Source of the DNA: the human T2T-CHM13v2.0 reference genome, Homo sapiens
Length of the DNA stretch: 64,000 bases
Assembly: GCF_009914755.1 (NCBI RefSeq)
Contig: NC_060926.1
Strand: one strand, 5' to 3'
The notes beneath the pieces were generated by a model. It ran no database searches and had not been told where the DNA came from. It worked only from the letters and a program-made list of their open reading frames with translations. Positions 39,444 through 55,064 of this stretch are shown piece after piece (the stretch's first letter is position 1; each line of letters starts with the position of its first letter). Both the position numbers and the translations under genes were made by a program.

Positions 39444-41449
39444 CTCTAATATATGATGGAAGTAGCAACTGCAGGAAGTAGCAACTGCAGCAAGCAGCAA
39501 CCACCTGAGGTCTGAGGAAACAAAGTGAAGAGACAGGAATTACTAAAACTTAGAAGCTTGGAGGAAGGTCATGCTCACCTGAAACTCAGACCTCTAAGGA
39601 GAGGCCAGTGTTCAGCTGGCTCTGCTGTCTCTGAGCTCAGAAACAGGGCCCTGCAGTTTTAGCACTTAGACATCTAAGGATCAGTCTTTGGGAAGTTGTT
39701 TAATAATGTTTATAAAGAGCCATGATGAAATAGGTATTCAAGTGTTAGAAAAACTGAAAATTAGGCAGTTGCTACAAGAAAAAGTACTGCTGGCTGGCAG
39801 GCACAGGATACAGTATATCTCCCTGCCCCCACCACCCCTATACTCTTCTGCTAATAGTTGCCGAACACAGAACCAGATTGGGGGTGTAGAGGTCGGGAAA
39901 GATTGGCTGCAGACTCCCCCATTCCAGCCCCATAAAGCGGCGTGAAGAATGGTGGGTTTGGAGATGAGACAATATTTATTAAATGCACACATGAATCATT
40001 TAGTTGTATTTTTATTGATTTCTAGCCAAATTTCACTGTATTCGAAAACATAGTATTTCAGTATTTTGAAATCCCATATCATTTTACTCATTTGTACAAA
40101 TCTTATGTGCTCTTGAAAAGATGTGCATTTTAATTTTTGCTAGAATCTTTCTTTCCCCCAGCTTCATATAGGTGTCAAAAGTGCTGCAGAGATTCTAGGC
40201 TTTTCAGATCCTAGACTAGACCATCATCCCCAGGAGAAAATTAGCCCCAAATGCATGACTCTCCCAACTGTTTCTGAATTTTGGCCCACCATTTCTCCAT
40301 TATCTTGTCTTTTGATGTCTTTTGACATTTAAAAAGTTTGCTCACCTTTCCTCTGCTACATGTTTGTTCCAAATCACTCATTTTATTATTACTAGAAGTG
40401 GAAGTATACAAAGTATTATTCTGTCCCTTTTATTTTTAAATTTTCCTTTCATTTTTTTCAAAAAAATCACCTATTATCAGATTGATCCTCTTTAATATGT
40501 AAACCGTATGGATTTTCAAAAACATTTCCTTGGAAAGGAGTTAAATAAAGAATCAAATAGTCTCATCTCTTAATAGTGTCTTTTAAGCCACTGAGCGTTT
40601 TCACAGATTGGTCGTTATGTCTTTTTATTTTCCTCTTCCTTTTCTGGATTGAGTCAACCCATTCACCGTCCTCCCTGAGTCATCCTCCATAAGACAACTT
40701 ACAATATTTGCTATATCAAGAGCAGGGTGAAAATAGGTGATAGATTTTTCTCAAAGAAGAAAAAAATTTCAAGGTTTTACAAGGGACTTATCCCTTCTCA
40801 TAATAATAACATTTTGTCTGTATCAGTACAGCCCTTCTATTTGCCTTATGACTTGCATTTCATCATCAGTAGTTAAAGCAGAGGAAACGTGGGAACCGCT
40901 TGCTGTTTCTGTTTATGGCCTCATCAACGGTTGCATCTGTTTTTTTTTGTGGATTCTTGGCATCCACGTTCTTGTGGATCTTGCAACAAACACATTATGG
41001 TAGGTAGCAGCAGCACTATCAGTTTCAGACGCGTCCACACCAAAATGGAATAAAAAAGTAATCCAGTCAAAGAAAGGTTGAGATCCTGTATTCCTCAAAT
41101 TCGGTGTCCAGTACAAATCAGCCCAATTTCCTTTGAGTACCTGCATTTTTAGCGCACACATCCCTTCCATTCTGTAATTCTTTTTTTTTCTTCCTGTATT
41201 GCAAGCTTCTCCGTTCTCTCCTTTGTGGGATATTTTCTTGGTAGGTAGGTAGGAAGGTAGGTAAAGTCCGCTTTGGTTGAGTTTATTTGGGTTTGTGTAG
41301 CGTTTGAAAAAAAATAAATTCAAACTCTAGGGGGAAGGGAGTAGAGCTTGACTGGCAGTATAAAATTAGACGGCTAACCAAAAGAGAATAGTGACTATAC
41401 AAATACTGACTATCCAAACGAGAAAGAGACGACTTAAGGGGAAGTGCTG

Positions 41450-42180
41450 CCCTGCAAGAAATTCCGGGAATTGTCCAGAAGATCCACAGGGTCAGAGACA
41501 CACGCGCCAAAAAGGCGCCTTTCATGCACGGTCCTCCGGGGAAAACAGAGAAATATATATAGGAGCTCTCTGCCTTTGGAAGCATTTCGGTTCCAGGAAG
41601 GGAGAGTTAAGGAATTCCTTTGGGACCGGCACATGTGAAATATGATCCAGGCTCTCCGCTTGGCACCCTGCACTTGCGTCCTAGGCAGGCAGAGAGTGGA
41701 GAGTTTTTCTAGGAATTCTGGGAAGTGTAGTTTGGGAGCCCCGTGTAGTCGGGTAACTTCCGCTCTAGGAGGCTGAGGCCGTCTCCCTGATCCCGTCGAG
41801 AATTCTGGGAAGCGTAGTCCAGGAGGTCTCCGTAGGGAGAGCCACTTCCGCCCAAGGTACGCTAGGCCGCGGCCTTCTTTTCTCCCAGAAAGGTGACCCT
41901 CCCCGCCCTGCGTCCTGCTCCTTCCGTCCATACTGATGTTTGTTTTGCTGGAGGCCAGTAGCAACTGGACAGTAGCTCTAGGGGAGGAGAATCCACCTGC
42001 GGCGAAGGGTGGGATTTGTTTTCTTTGAGCCTTCTCCAGTGTGGGGCAGCTGGCGCATCTCCACTTAGCGCCGGGGGTCCGGGATCCTACATCGCAGGGA
42101 CTGGGGATCTCCTGGGTTCTGTACTCCCCCAGCCCTTTCCCCTGACCATCAGCCAGCTCTGCCATTTCCTAGCAGTATAA
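41450..42180 (+). promoter_or_regulatory. CpG-rich promoter/first-exon module 3 (probable duplicate of the ZNF112 main promoter, orphaned)
   Basis: Two SBS-like motifs, aattctgggaagtgtagttt (41714) and aattctgggaagcgtagtcc (41801); ETS acttccg at 41756 and 41844; candidate donors gtacgc (41858) and gtgacc (41893). The ZNF112 assignment is inferred from recalled gene order at 19q13.31. Confidence 0.65.
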
Positions 42181-44149
42181 TAAAAGGCGAGTATCTTAAT
42201 CTCTCTGCCTATGTTTCTTTTTCTTTAAAATGGTACTAGTATCTATCTAATGGAGTTCTTTTGAGAGTTAAATAAAAAGGCTTGGAACAGAGCCTGACAG
42301 GTGGTAGAAGATGGGTCTCTTGTTATTAGCACGTTTTAATTTTCTGAGAAGGACTCAGTTCCCTGAAAGCTTCTGTGAGCCCAGGATGGGGTCAGAGCTC
42401 CAGCTGCAGAGTATCCCTGGCCCTTTTCTGATCACTGAGAGATTTTTCTTTAGGAGAGGATCACTCCGGGCTGTCTGGGCAGTCCACTGTAATTCATGCA
42501 GGAGTTCTGATTTCTCCCATCCTCCTTTCCTTCTTTAGCCTTGACTTCTTGAAAAAGGCTGCAGGGAGAAGGAGGGAATAACCCTTTGGCACTTGGCAGC
42601 GGAGTCTCACCTGAGTAGTACTTATCATCCTTTTTTCCCAGGGAGACAATATTTCCTTCATTCATTGGCAAATTCTGCTCGAAGATGCCCTGATATTTGT
42701 TCAATAAATGCAGAAACGGATGAGGGAGAACTTGGGCATGAGTAATAAAGATAGTATTTAAACATTGAGTGCTGATCATTCTTAGAGTTTGATATGAATT
42801 AACATATTTAATCCTCACAAGAGCCCTTTGAGGCTGGGTTGGGTGCCACCATTCCCATCTTAAAGAAAAGCAAAGAGACACACAGCATAGGTGGTTTACC
42901 TTTAGGTCACCCAGGTGGTAAGAGTCTGAGCTGAGATTTGAATTCAGATAGTTTCCATCGATTGCCTTAGTTCTTGATGTGTTTAGTGTCAGCTTCAGAA
43001 GACATGTTTGGATTTTTCTAGAGGACCGTAAAAGCGAGGTTAATGAGCTTTGAATTTTTTATTTTTTTTAGTTATCTGTAATTTAATTTTATTTGAAATA
43101 TTTACATTCATATTCTGATTATATAAATGATTGCATATTGTAAAAGATTAAGAAAGTATAGAAAGAGTAAAAGAAACAAATTAATTATGCTAACCACAAG
43201 ATATAACAATAACAATATTAATTCAATGTTTTCCTCTTCCAGTAGACTTCTTTTTGGATTTTTACCCATGTTTAACCAAATAGGCTTCATAGCTTTTATT
43301 TTTCCCTTAAGTTTTTACTATGGAAATTTATAAGCATAGTCAAATGTAATATGACTAAAATAATTCTGTGGAAGCATCACCCAGCTTCAAACTTTGTTAA
43401 CATTTGCCAGTCTCGGATCAACTCCATGCCCCTTTTTTTTGGTTTCAGTATTTTAAACCAAATCTCTAACATCGACTTAGTATAATATTGTTTGATTGAT
43501 TGTCATAATTGTCAAACATTGATGATCATAAATTGCTTATATCCAAGACCGTGAAAGGGAAATGCCGGCAGCTACTCTAAGGTTTTCATTCGTTGCAGCT
43601 TACAGAATGGTCCTTATTGAGGACGCTAGGGGACGCAAGAGAGTTGTACCTTGGAGAAGAATGGTGCTGAATTTTGTGTTCCAGTATAGAGTTTGCCTTG
43701 CCTAAGTCTTATAGCTCTTTGTTTCTTATTTCTCTTTATCTAAGTCCATACACTGGAAGTTCTTCTATTTCTGGGACCATGTCATATTTTTCTCTATGTG
43801 TCCAGCACATCGTACAAAGTTGTTAAGTGTTTATGGTTAGAGTAGCTACTCAACAGACAGCTGGCATCAAGGATTTGCAGTGTAGAATTGGAATAGGTAT
43901 CAAAATAGAATAGAAATAACCCCTGGATATATTCCTTAATCTCACTTAATATTGGTAGGTTATATAATCCACCAACTATTTCAGAGTATTGAAGAGTTGA
44001 AGAGCAATGATTGGTTATGTTTCGATAATCTAAAAAAAAATCCCTGGAAACAAATTGTTAGAAATGATAACAACATTTATAGACCATACCTTATAACTGA
44101 GATTGTGTTTCCAGGTTTTTAAAACAGGTTTTTAAAAAATGTTTCTACA

Positions 44150-45746
44150 GTAAAATTGACTATTTTGTTATTTTTGGTGTACAATTCTATTACAACACAG
44201 GCATAGTTTGTGTAACGACTACCGTAGTCAGAAAAAGAACATTTCCATCACCCCAAATGTCTTCCCTCATAATTACCCCTCACCATACCTGTAACCACTG
44301 GCAACTACCATAAGCACTAAAACTCTACAGCTTTGTCTTTTTGAGAATGTCATATAAATGGACCGACGCTATATGTAACATTTGAGACCGGATTCTTTTA
44401 CTCAGCAAATTGGTCTTGACATTCACCCAAGTTGTTATACGTATCAATACTTCATTTCTGTTTACTTCTGGTTAACGGAAGTATCCACTTCATGGATATA
44501 TCACAGTTCATCTATTCACTGGTTGATAGACTTTTTCCCCCACTTTTTGGCATTTATCAATAGAGCTGATATAAACATTCATGTATAGTTTTTTTGTGCT
44601 TATTTCTGTAGCATACGAAGCCAGGAGTATGTTTACTGGGTCATATGGGAAATGCATGTTTAACTTTATAAGAAACTGCCAAATTGTAGTATCTGTACCA
44701 TTTTGCATTCTCACTAATGATGTAGAAAGTTCCAGTTTATTTACATCTTCATCAGCACTTAGTATTTTCCTTATTTTTTTATTTTAGCCATTCTAAGCAT
44801 TGTGAGTTTAATTTACATTTCCCTAATGGCTAATGGTGTTCAGCAGATATTACTTTTTTGTTGTTGTTTCTTTGCCATCCTTATATCTTCTTTGCAGAAG
44901 TGTCTGTATGCATGCTTTGCCCAGTTTCACATTGGGTTATATTTTTCCTATTGTTGATTTTTGAGAGCTATTTATATATTCTGGATATAAGTCTTTTTTT
45001 AGATGTGTGATTTGCAAATATTTCTTCTCAGCCTGTAGCTTGTCTTTTCATTCTCTTAATAGTGTCTTTTGCAGAACAAAATTTCTAATTTTAATGACAT
45101 CTGATTTATCGATGTTATCTTTTTTGGATTGTGCTTTTGATGTCATATCTAAGAAGTCTGCCTAGCCCCAGGTCATGAAGATTTTCTCTTGTTCTAGACG
45201 TTTTATGGTTTTACACTTAAATCTGTGATCCATTGTGAGTTAACTTCTTAATAATATGCGATGGTTAAGTTGGGGTTTATTTCTTTACATATGAATGACC
45301 AACCATCCCAACACCACTTGTTTGGGTTTATTTCTGTACTATGTTCTGCTAAATTGATCTATGTGTGTATCTCTTCACCAGTAGCAAGATGTCATATTTA
45401 CTGTAGCTTGATAGTAAATCTTAGGATAGTTTGATTCCTCCAAATTTATTCTTTTTTTCCAAAATTGTTTTTAGCTATTCTGGTTCCTTTGCCTTTCCAT
45501 ATAAATGGAATGCATGCCTTTCCATGCATTTTAGAATCAGCTTATTTATATCTACCCAAAAATTCAGCTGGTATTTTCATTGACATTATGTTAAATCAGA
45601 AGATCTGTCTTTCTCACATTGAGTTTTCCAGTTCATTAATATAACAAGTCCCTTCATTTAAGTGTTCTTTAATTTCTTGCTTTAGTGTTTCATGATTTTC
45701 TGCATACAGATCTATACGTGTTTTGTTTAGACATATGCCCAAGTAT
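44150..45746 (-). mobile_element. Old L1M 3' end and ORF2 fragment, cut off at the junction
   Basis: Continuous antisense L1M sequence ending at cccaagtat. Confidence 0.8.
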
Positions 45747-45749
45747 AAT

Positions 45750-46123
45750 CAGCCAACTGGTCTTCGACAAAGTAAACAAAAACATAAAGTGGGGAAAGGA
45801 CACCCTTTTCAACACATGATGTTGGGATAATTGGCTAGCCACATGTAGGGGAATAAAACTGCATTCTCATCTCTCACCTTATACAAAAATCTACTCAAGA
45901 TGGATTAAGAACTTAAACCTAATTTCTGAACTATAAAAATTCTAGAAGATAACACTGGATAAACCCTTCTAGACATTGGCAAAGGCAAGGATTTCATGAC
46001 CAAGGACCCAAATGCAAATGCAATAAAAACAAAGATAAATATCTGGGACTTAATTAAACTAAAGAGCTTTTGCATGGCAAAGGGAACAGTCAGCAGAGTA
46101 AATACACAACCCACAGAGTGGGA
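45750..46123 (+). mobile_element. L1PB-like ORF2 fragment
   Basis: cagccaactggtcttcgacaaag...ctcaccttatacaaaaatc...ttaattaaactaaagagctt...cacagagtggga. Confidence 0.85.
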
Positions 46124-46396
46124 CCCCTGACCTTGACCCTGAACCCTAACCTTGACCCCTAACCCCTGACCCTAACCCTAACCCCTAACCCTAACCCTTA
46201 ACCCTAACCCCTAACCCCTAACCACAACCCTCACCCTCACCCTAACCCAACCCTAACCCCTAATACCTAACCCCTAACATCTCTTAACCCCTAACTCTAA
46301 ACGTTGACTCCTAACCCCTAACTCTGACCCCAACCGCTATCTCCAAACCCTAACCCTAAACTTAACCCCTAACCCTAACACCAACCTTAACCCTAG
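46124..46396 (-). repeat. Interstitial telomeric sequence: degenerate (CCCTAA)n on + / (TTAGGG)n on -
   Basis: About 270 bp of CCCTAA with CCCCTAA, CCCTGA, CCCTCA and CCCAA variants, all in one orientation. Confidence 0.97.
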
Positions 46397-47030
46397 GTTC
46401 GTCGCTACGTTGGTATTGACTATGTCAATGTTGATTATTATGATCTCTGTCTTAGGACTGCACGGCAGCGAGGGGATTGCGGATCTTATATTAATATTTT
46501 TGTATTGAGGCAGTGCATTAGCATTACAGGTGCTTGTTACATGAGCAATGGAGGTGTCATATTTTGGGTGTCATGTCTGCATTAGGAATGCTGCATTTGT
46601 CTTCCGAGGCTGCGGTGTGGATCTCGCACTGCGGCCGCCTCGCCTTGGCTGGGGAGAACCTCGGTGGGCAGGATTCAGAGGGGATTTTGGTTTCCCGTTT
46701 TCCACATTGAACCCCTCTAACTGGTCTCTGACCCTGATTATTCAGGGCTGCAAACAGGAAGGATTCTATTCACCGTCGATGCGGCCCCGAGTTGTACCAA
46801 AGCGAGGCAGTGCCCCCAAGGTCTGTGCTGAGCAGAACGCAGCTCCGCCCTCGCGGTGCCCCCGGCCCGCCCGCCCGGGTCTGTGCTGAGAACACTGCTC
46901 CGCCTTCGCTGTATCTCCGAAGTCTGTGCAGAGGAGAACTCAGCTCCGCCCTCGCGATGCTCTCCGGGTCTGTGCTGAGGAGAACTCAGCTCAGCCTTCG
47001 CAAAGGCCCAGCGCCCGCGCAGGCGCAGGG
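46397..47030. repeat. TAR1 telomere-associated repeat, with four gtctgtgc(t/a)gag...gctccgcc units and one gcgcaggcgca unit
   Basis: Matches recalled human subtelomeric sequence (aactggtctctgacc...gattattcagggctgcaaac...gtctgtgctgaggagaac) and lies directly beside the telomeric tract. Confidence 0.9.
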
Positions 47031-48095
47031 GCAGGAAGGAGCCCAGCAGCGAGGCAGGTGGCACCACCAGGGGGGCCCTCAAGCCTGGCGCGCACGCATT
47101 CCAGACGACACCCAGACCATGCTCCGCCGCCTGGGCGCCCAAGCTGCAGTCGCCCTCTGTGTGCAGGCAGCAGCTGCCTGGAAACCCCCGAGCCCGCTCG
47201 CGCTCCCAGCATCGCAGAACCAGGGCCAGGTATCCCAGTGGCTGCGATCAAGCCAGTCATTCTGCCCGGCGGCGGCGGCTGCACAGGAGCCAGAACTGAG
47301 AACCCGCCGCTCAGCCCCACACGGGGTGACTGCCGAGTGCCCGTGCCAGCGGCCCAGATCTCCCTCAGGTGGAGGAGTGGGCGAGAGGCACGGCCTGGGG
47401 GCCCTCAGGCTGGGCGCGCTGGCGATCCCAAGGCCGACCAGGCCATGCACCTCCAGCCCGCCTGGGCACCTAAGCTGCAGCCGCCTTCTGTGTGCAGGCA
47501 GCAGCCTCCAGGCAACTCCCGAGCCCGCCCGCACTCCCCACATCTCGGAACCAGGGCCAGATGTCCCTGTGGCTGCGGCGAAGCCAGGCGGTCTGCCCTG
47601 CAGCAGCTGCACGGGGGCGGGAACCGGCCCTCAGCCCCATCCCCGGTGGCTGTAGAGGACCCCTAGCTAGAGGTCTCGAGCTCTGGCAGAGGAGGACCCG
47701 GGCGGGGGCAGGGTCTGGCGGGCTCTCAGGCCAGGGGCACTCGTGATCCAGAGGCCGCCCAGGCCATGCTCCACCACCTGGGCGCCCAGCTACAGGCGCC
47801 GGGCAACTTCCAAGCTGGCTGGCGCGCCCAGCCTCGCAGAACCAGGGCTAGATGTCGCCGTGACTGAGGCCAAGTCAGGCGGTCTGCCCGGAGGCGGCTG
47901 CACCAGGGCAGGAACCGACCCTCAGCCGCATCCCCGGTGGCTGCAGGCGGCCCCTGGAGCGGCCCCGATCTCTCTTCGGAGGAGAAGAGGGGCGGAGTCA
48001 CGGCCAGGCGGGCCCTCAGGAGGGAAGGGATGAGCGCCTGCGATTCCGGGAAGTCCCGCGCCAGCCCAGGAGAACCCGCAAGCCCGCGGCGCCTG
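46800..48095. promoter_or_regulatory. CpG island; NRF1-type GCGCAGGCGC at 47017-47026; imperfect CTCF-like ccaccagggggg at ~47064
   Basis: Very high GC and CpG density relative to the flanks. Confidence 0.8.
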
Positions 48096-48100
48096 TTTCT
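47030..48100. ncRNA. FAM201B: Probable FAM201-family lncRNA/pseudogene region (FAM201B if this is 2q21.2)
   Basis: Positional inference only: FAM201B is recalled as lying a few tens of kb from ZNF806. Exons and strand cannot be determined here. Confidence 0.35.
47071..48020. repeat. Three diverged GC-rich tandem units (periods 326, 321 and 290 bp)
   Basis: Anchor gccctcaag/gccctcagg/gctctcagg at 47075, 47401, 47722 and 48012; shared ccatgc...cctgggc..cc, gaaccagggc and ctcagcc motifs. Confidence 0.85.
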
Positions 48101-50405
48101 CTGTGTGATTCTTTGAGGAACCACCAAACTGTTTTCCACAGCAAGTGCATCATTTTCTGTTCCTAGCAGCCAGTTCATGAGGGCTCCAATTTCTCCACCT
48201 CCTTAGCAACACTGATTTTCTGTATCGTTGTTATGAAAGCCTTACTAGTGGATGCAAAGTGGCATCTCATTTGGGTTTTGTCTTGCATTTTATTAATGAA
48301 TAACGGTGTTTAGCATCTTTTCTTGTCCTTCTTAGACATTTGTGTATCTTTTTTGGAGAAATGTCTATTCAAGTCCTTTGCCTCTTTTTTAATTGGGATC
48401 TTAGAAATTCTGTTGAGTTGTGGGATATTAAGCTTTTATCAGATACACACTTTGATTTTAGCAGATACATATTTTCTCACATACTATGGGTTGTCTTTTC
48501 ACTCCCTTGATAGTATCCTTTGATGCATAAAGGGTTTTTATTTTGATTGAATCTAATTTACATGTATTTTCTTTTGTTATCTGTGCTTTTCTGTCATATT
48601 TCAAAATACACTTAAAACTCAAAGGTCATAAAGGTTTACCGTGTGTTTTCTTCTAAGAGTTACATACTTTTAGTCCTTACATTTAAGTCTTTTATTAATT
48701 TAGAATTAATTTTTGTATATACTGCAAGGTAGGGGTCTAATTTCTCTCCTGTGCACTGACATCCAGCTGTTGAAGAGACTGTTCTTTCCTCCCTTGACTA
48801 GACTTGGCCACCTTGTTGAACAGTCATTGACCATATATGTGAGGACTAATTTGTAGGATCTCAAATCTGTTCTATTGTATTGGTCTAAAAGTCTGTTGGT
48901 CTTATGCCAGTACCACACTCTCTTGATGACTGTAGATTTGTAGTAGGCTGTGAAACTGAAAAATGTGAGTTTTCCAATGTTCTTTTTCAAGACTGTTTTG
49001 TCTGTCAGATCCTTTGAATTTTTGTATGATTTTAGAATGAGTTTCTTTGTTTCTGCAAAAATGCCTTTGGGATTTTGATGGTATTGCATTGAATCTGTAG
49101 ATTACTTTAGATGGTATTGTCATCTTAACAATATTGTCTTACAACCCGTGAACACAGAATGTCTTTCCAGTTATTTCCACTCTCTTTAGTTTTTTTCAGC
49201 AAAGTTTTGTGTTCCACCATGGTTACATTTATGCCTGAATAACTTATTCTTTGATGCTATTATAAATGGAATTTTTAAAATGTTTTCATAGTTATTTACA
49301 ACTAAATAGAAATATAGCTCATTTGCCTATGTTTGTTTTGCATCCTGCCTCTTTTATTAGTTATAAATGGTTTTGTGTTTTGTTTGGAGCTTTATACCCA
49401 TAAGATCATGTGTAGATATAATTTTACACCTATTTTTTATTTCTAATGTAGATGCCTTTTATTTCTTTGTCTTGCCTAATTGCTCTGGCTAGAACTGCCA
49501 GTGCTACGTTGAATACAAGTGGCAAATGCACCATCCTTGTCTTGTTCTAGATGTTAGGAAAACAGCTTTCAGTGTTTCATCATTGATCATGATATTAACT
49601 GTTGGGTTTTTGTACATCCCATTGTCATGTTGCAGAAGATCCCTTCTATGCCTAGTTTATTGAGTATTTTTATTATAGCAGGGCGTTATATTTCATCAAT
49701 GTTTTTTCTGCATCAATTGAAATAATAACATGCTTATTCATTTCAGTGTTACAGTATATTACACTGATTGATTTTTTATATGTTGAGCCACCCTTGCATT
49801 TTGGGGATAAATCTCAAAGGGTGATAGTTTACAATCCTTTGATTATGCAGTATTGCTGCTAGTATTTTGCTAGTATTGCTAGTATTGTGCTGAGATTTTT
49901 GCTTATATATTCATAAGGGATATTGTTCTGTAGTTCTCTCTTTTGTGCTCTCTTTGTCTTTGGTATAAGGATAATGCTGTTATCAAAAAATGAATTAGCA
50001 AGTATTCCTTCTTCATATATTTTGTCAGAAGAGTTTGAGAAGAAATGGTATTAATTCTTCTTTAAATGTTAGGTTGACTCAGCAGTTAATGCAGCCATTT
50101 GGTCATAAATGTTTCTTTGTTAATCGCTTTTGATTACTAATTCAATCTCCTAGGTTATAGATCTATTCAGATTTTCTCTTTCTTCTTGAGCCACTTTGGT
50201 AGTTTGTGTCTTTCTAGTGATTCATCCATTTCATCCAGGGCACCTAATTTGTTGTTAGACAGTTGTTCATAGTATACTCCTGTAATCCTTTTGTAGTTCT
50301 GTAAAGTTGGTTGTAATGGCTCTGCTTTCATTTATTATTTTAATAATTAGTCTTCCATCTTTTGCTCAGTCAATATAGTGAAAGGCTTGATCTTTCAAAG
50401 AATCT
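48100..50405 (-). mobile_element. Old L1M ORF2 region
   Basis: ORFs 48706..49089 and 48902..49123 give IYRFNAIP and YYKSTVIKRVWYWHK (L1 ORF2 motifs). Confidence 0.85.
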
Positions 50406-50944
50406 TTTTTGGGTCCAACAAATGTATACCTTCTGTGTATTGATTTATGTATTCCCCTGTAATTTCTCCCTCTCTAAAATGGAAAATCAACTGTAATTCA
50501 GCTGCTTTGCATGCAGTTTCTCAGGACTCCTTAAACCTGTGATTCACTGGGCCACAGTCATTCATATAAGCTCAAAATAAGCCTTTTTAAAATCCCTCAA
50601 AGAGTTTGGTTTTTCTTCTAAAATTTTGTAATGTAAATTATATGTAAATCATGGTAGTTGGCATTTTTCCACGCATCAGTAAGTTGTCTCACAGTGACCA
50701 AATGCAACTTGCAGAAAACAATTGGATATTATCTTCAAAATAATAGCAATTTCACTTCAGATGTTCTTTATCCAACATAGATTTAATACCTAAGAGATAA
50801 CCTATAACATAAAGATTCATTAATTATGTCATCGTCTCCACCATTATCCATGATGATCACATACTTTGGAACTTATTCTATGGAGAATAGCCTAAAGTGA
50901 ATTCATAATAATGATACATTGTTATGCATTATCTATCTTCTTCT

Positions 50945-51218
<274 letters not shown>

Positions 51219-52318
51219 TAATTGTCACTTCTTACAGGGAGTGCTGAGGTTTGTATTAAGATTTTACATTTTGAATGTATTTATTAGGACCTGATTACAC
51301 TCTCTTACGCTCTGACCAAACAATATGAATTCTATAATTTTTAATTCTATATCACTTCTCCAGGTACATATCATATTTTCCAAGACCCATGATTATTTTC
51401 ATGGTGGAGCTACAAGATTCAGCAAATAGTCATATAGAATATACTTAAGTTCAAGATTCTGAAAAAAATAATACTTTTCTATTATGATATCTGCATACTT
51501 GCATGCAATATGTATATGCAATACTTTATAAATACACTAACTTTTATCTATTATTTATCTGAAGTTCAAATTTAACTGTGTCTTTTGTTATCTCTCAACT
51601 CCAATGCATGGGAACCTTGGTGTTCTTCTGTCCAAGCTTAGCTCCAACTACCTCCGGAGACCCATTGGAGAAAGACACCAGTTTTTGAGCCAACTACTAC
51701 AATTCTTATAATGTAGATACCATTGTGTCTTAAAGTCAGTTTTTTTCTTATTATTCTTGTGTCCAAAATGACAGTAAAACACAAACAATATGACTGTGCT
51801 GATACGTGTTGGTGGCACCTATTAATTTTTTGGTTCTGGCACTGAAGATAAATATGTGTATTTATGAGATTAATCTTTTAGCTCGAGAATAACAACCACT
51901 TAATAAAATATACAATTTTGCTTTTATAAACTCAAATTTAGATTAAATTTTTTTTCAAGATGATGGATTAGAGACTTTAAGCATGCTTCAGCCACATGGA
52001 CATAGCACAATAGTGCATAAATGTCAACTCTCTGAGCTTTAATTTAAGAAGAAGAAAAGGAATCCACCAGAATCTTGAAGGACACACCAGATTCCGGGAA
52101 GGAGAATGGAGGCAAACTGCCCCCATGATGGCATCCAGCTAATAAAAGTGAGTGAAGTACCAGTAAGTGAAATGTATTTTAAATATATTCTAAATATATA
52201 TGCAATATATGTCTATTCTAAATATATATGCAGCCAACATTGGAACACACAGATTGGAACACACCCCAATGACAGTGTTAGACAGATCATTGAGGCAGAA
52301 AACTAATAAAGAAATTCT

Positions 52319-55064
<2,746 letters not shown>

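Noticed and set aside
39459-39500. Short tandem duplications (gaagtagcaactgcag x2; similar ones at ~5621-5660, ~49850-49890 and ~55110-55153)
   Set aside because: Ordinary slippage duplications with no further structure.
41434-42165. 243-aa minus-strand ORF
   Set aside because: It spans a GC-rich promoter module and has no domain similarity; probably a chance ORF.
46124-46396. Chromosome 2 ancestral fusion site
   Set aside because: The fusion site has head-to-head TTAGGG/CCCTAA arrays; this tract has one orientation and TAR1 on one side only.
46792-48178. Long overlapping ORFs (287, 246, 177, 150 aa) as protein-coding genes
   Set aside because: They are open on both strands because stops are rare in very GC-rich tandem sequence; Ala/Pro/Gly/Arg-rich with no recognisable domain.
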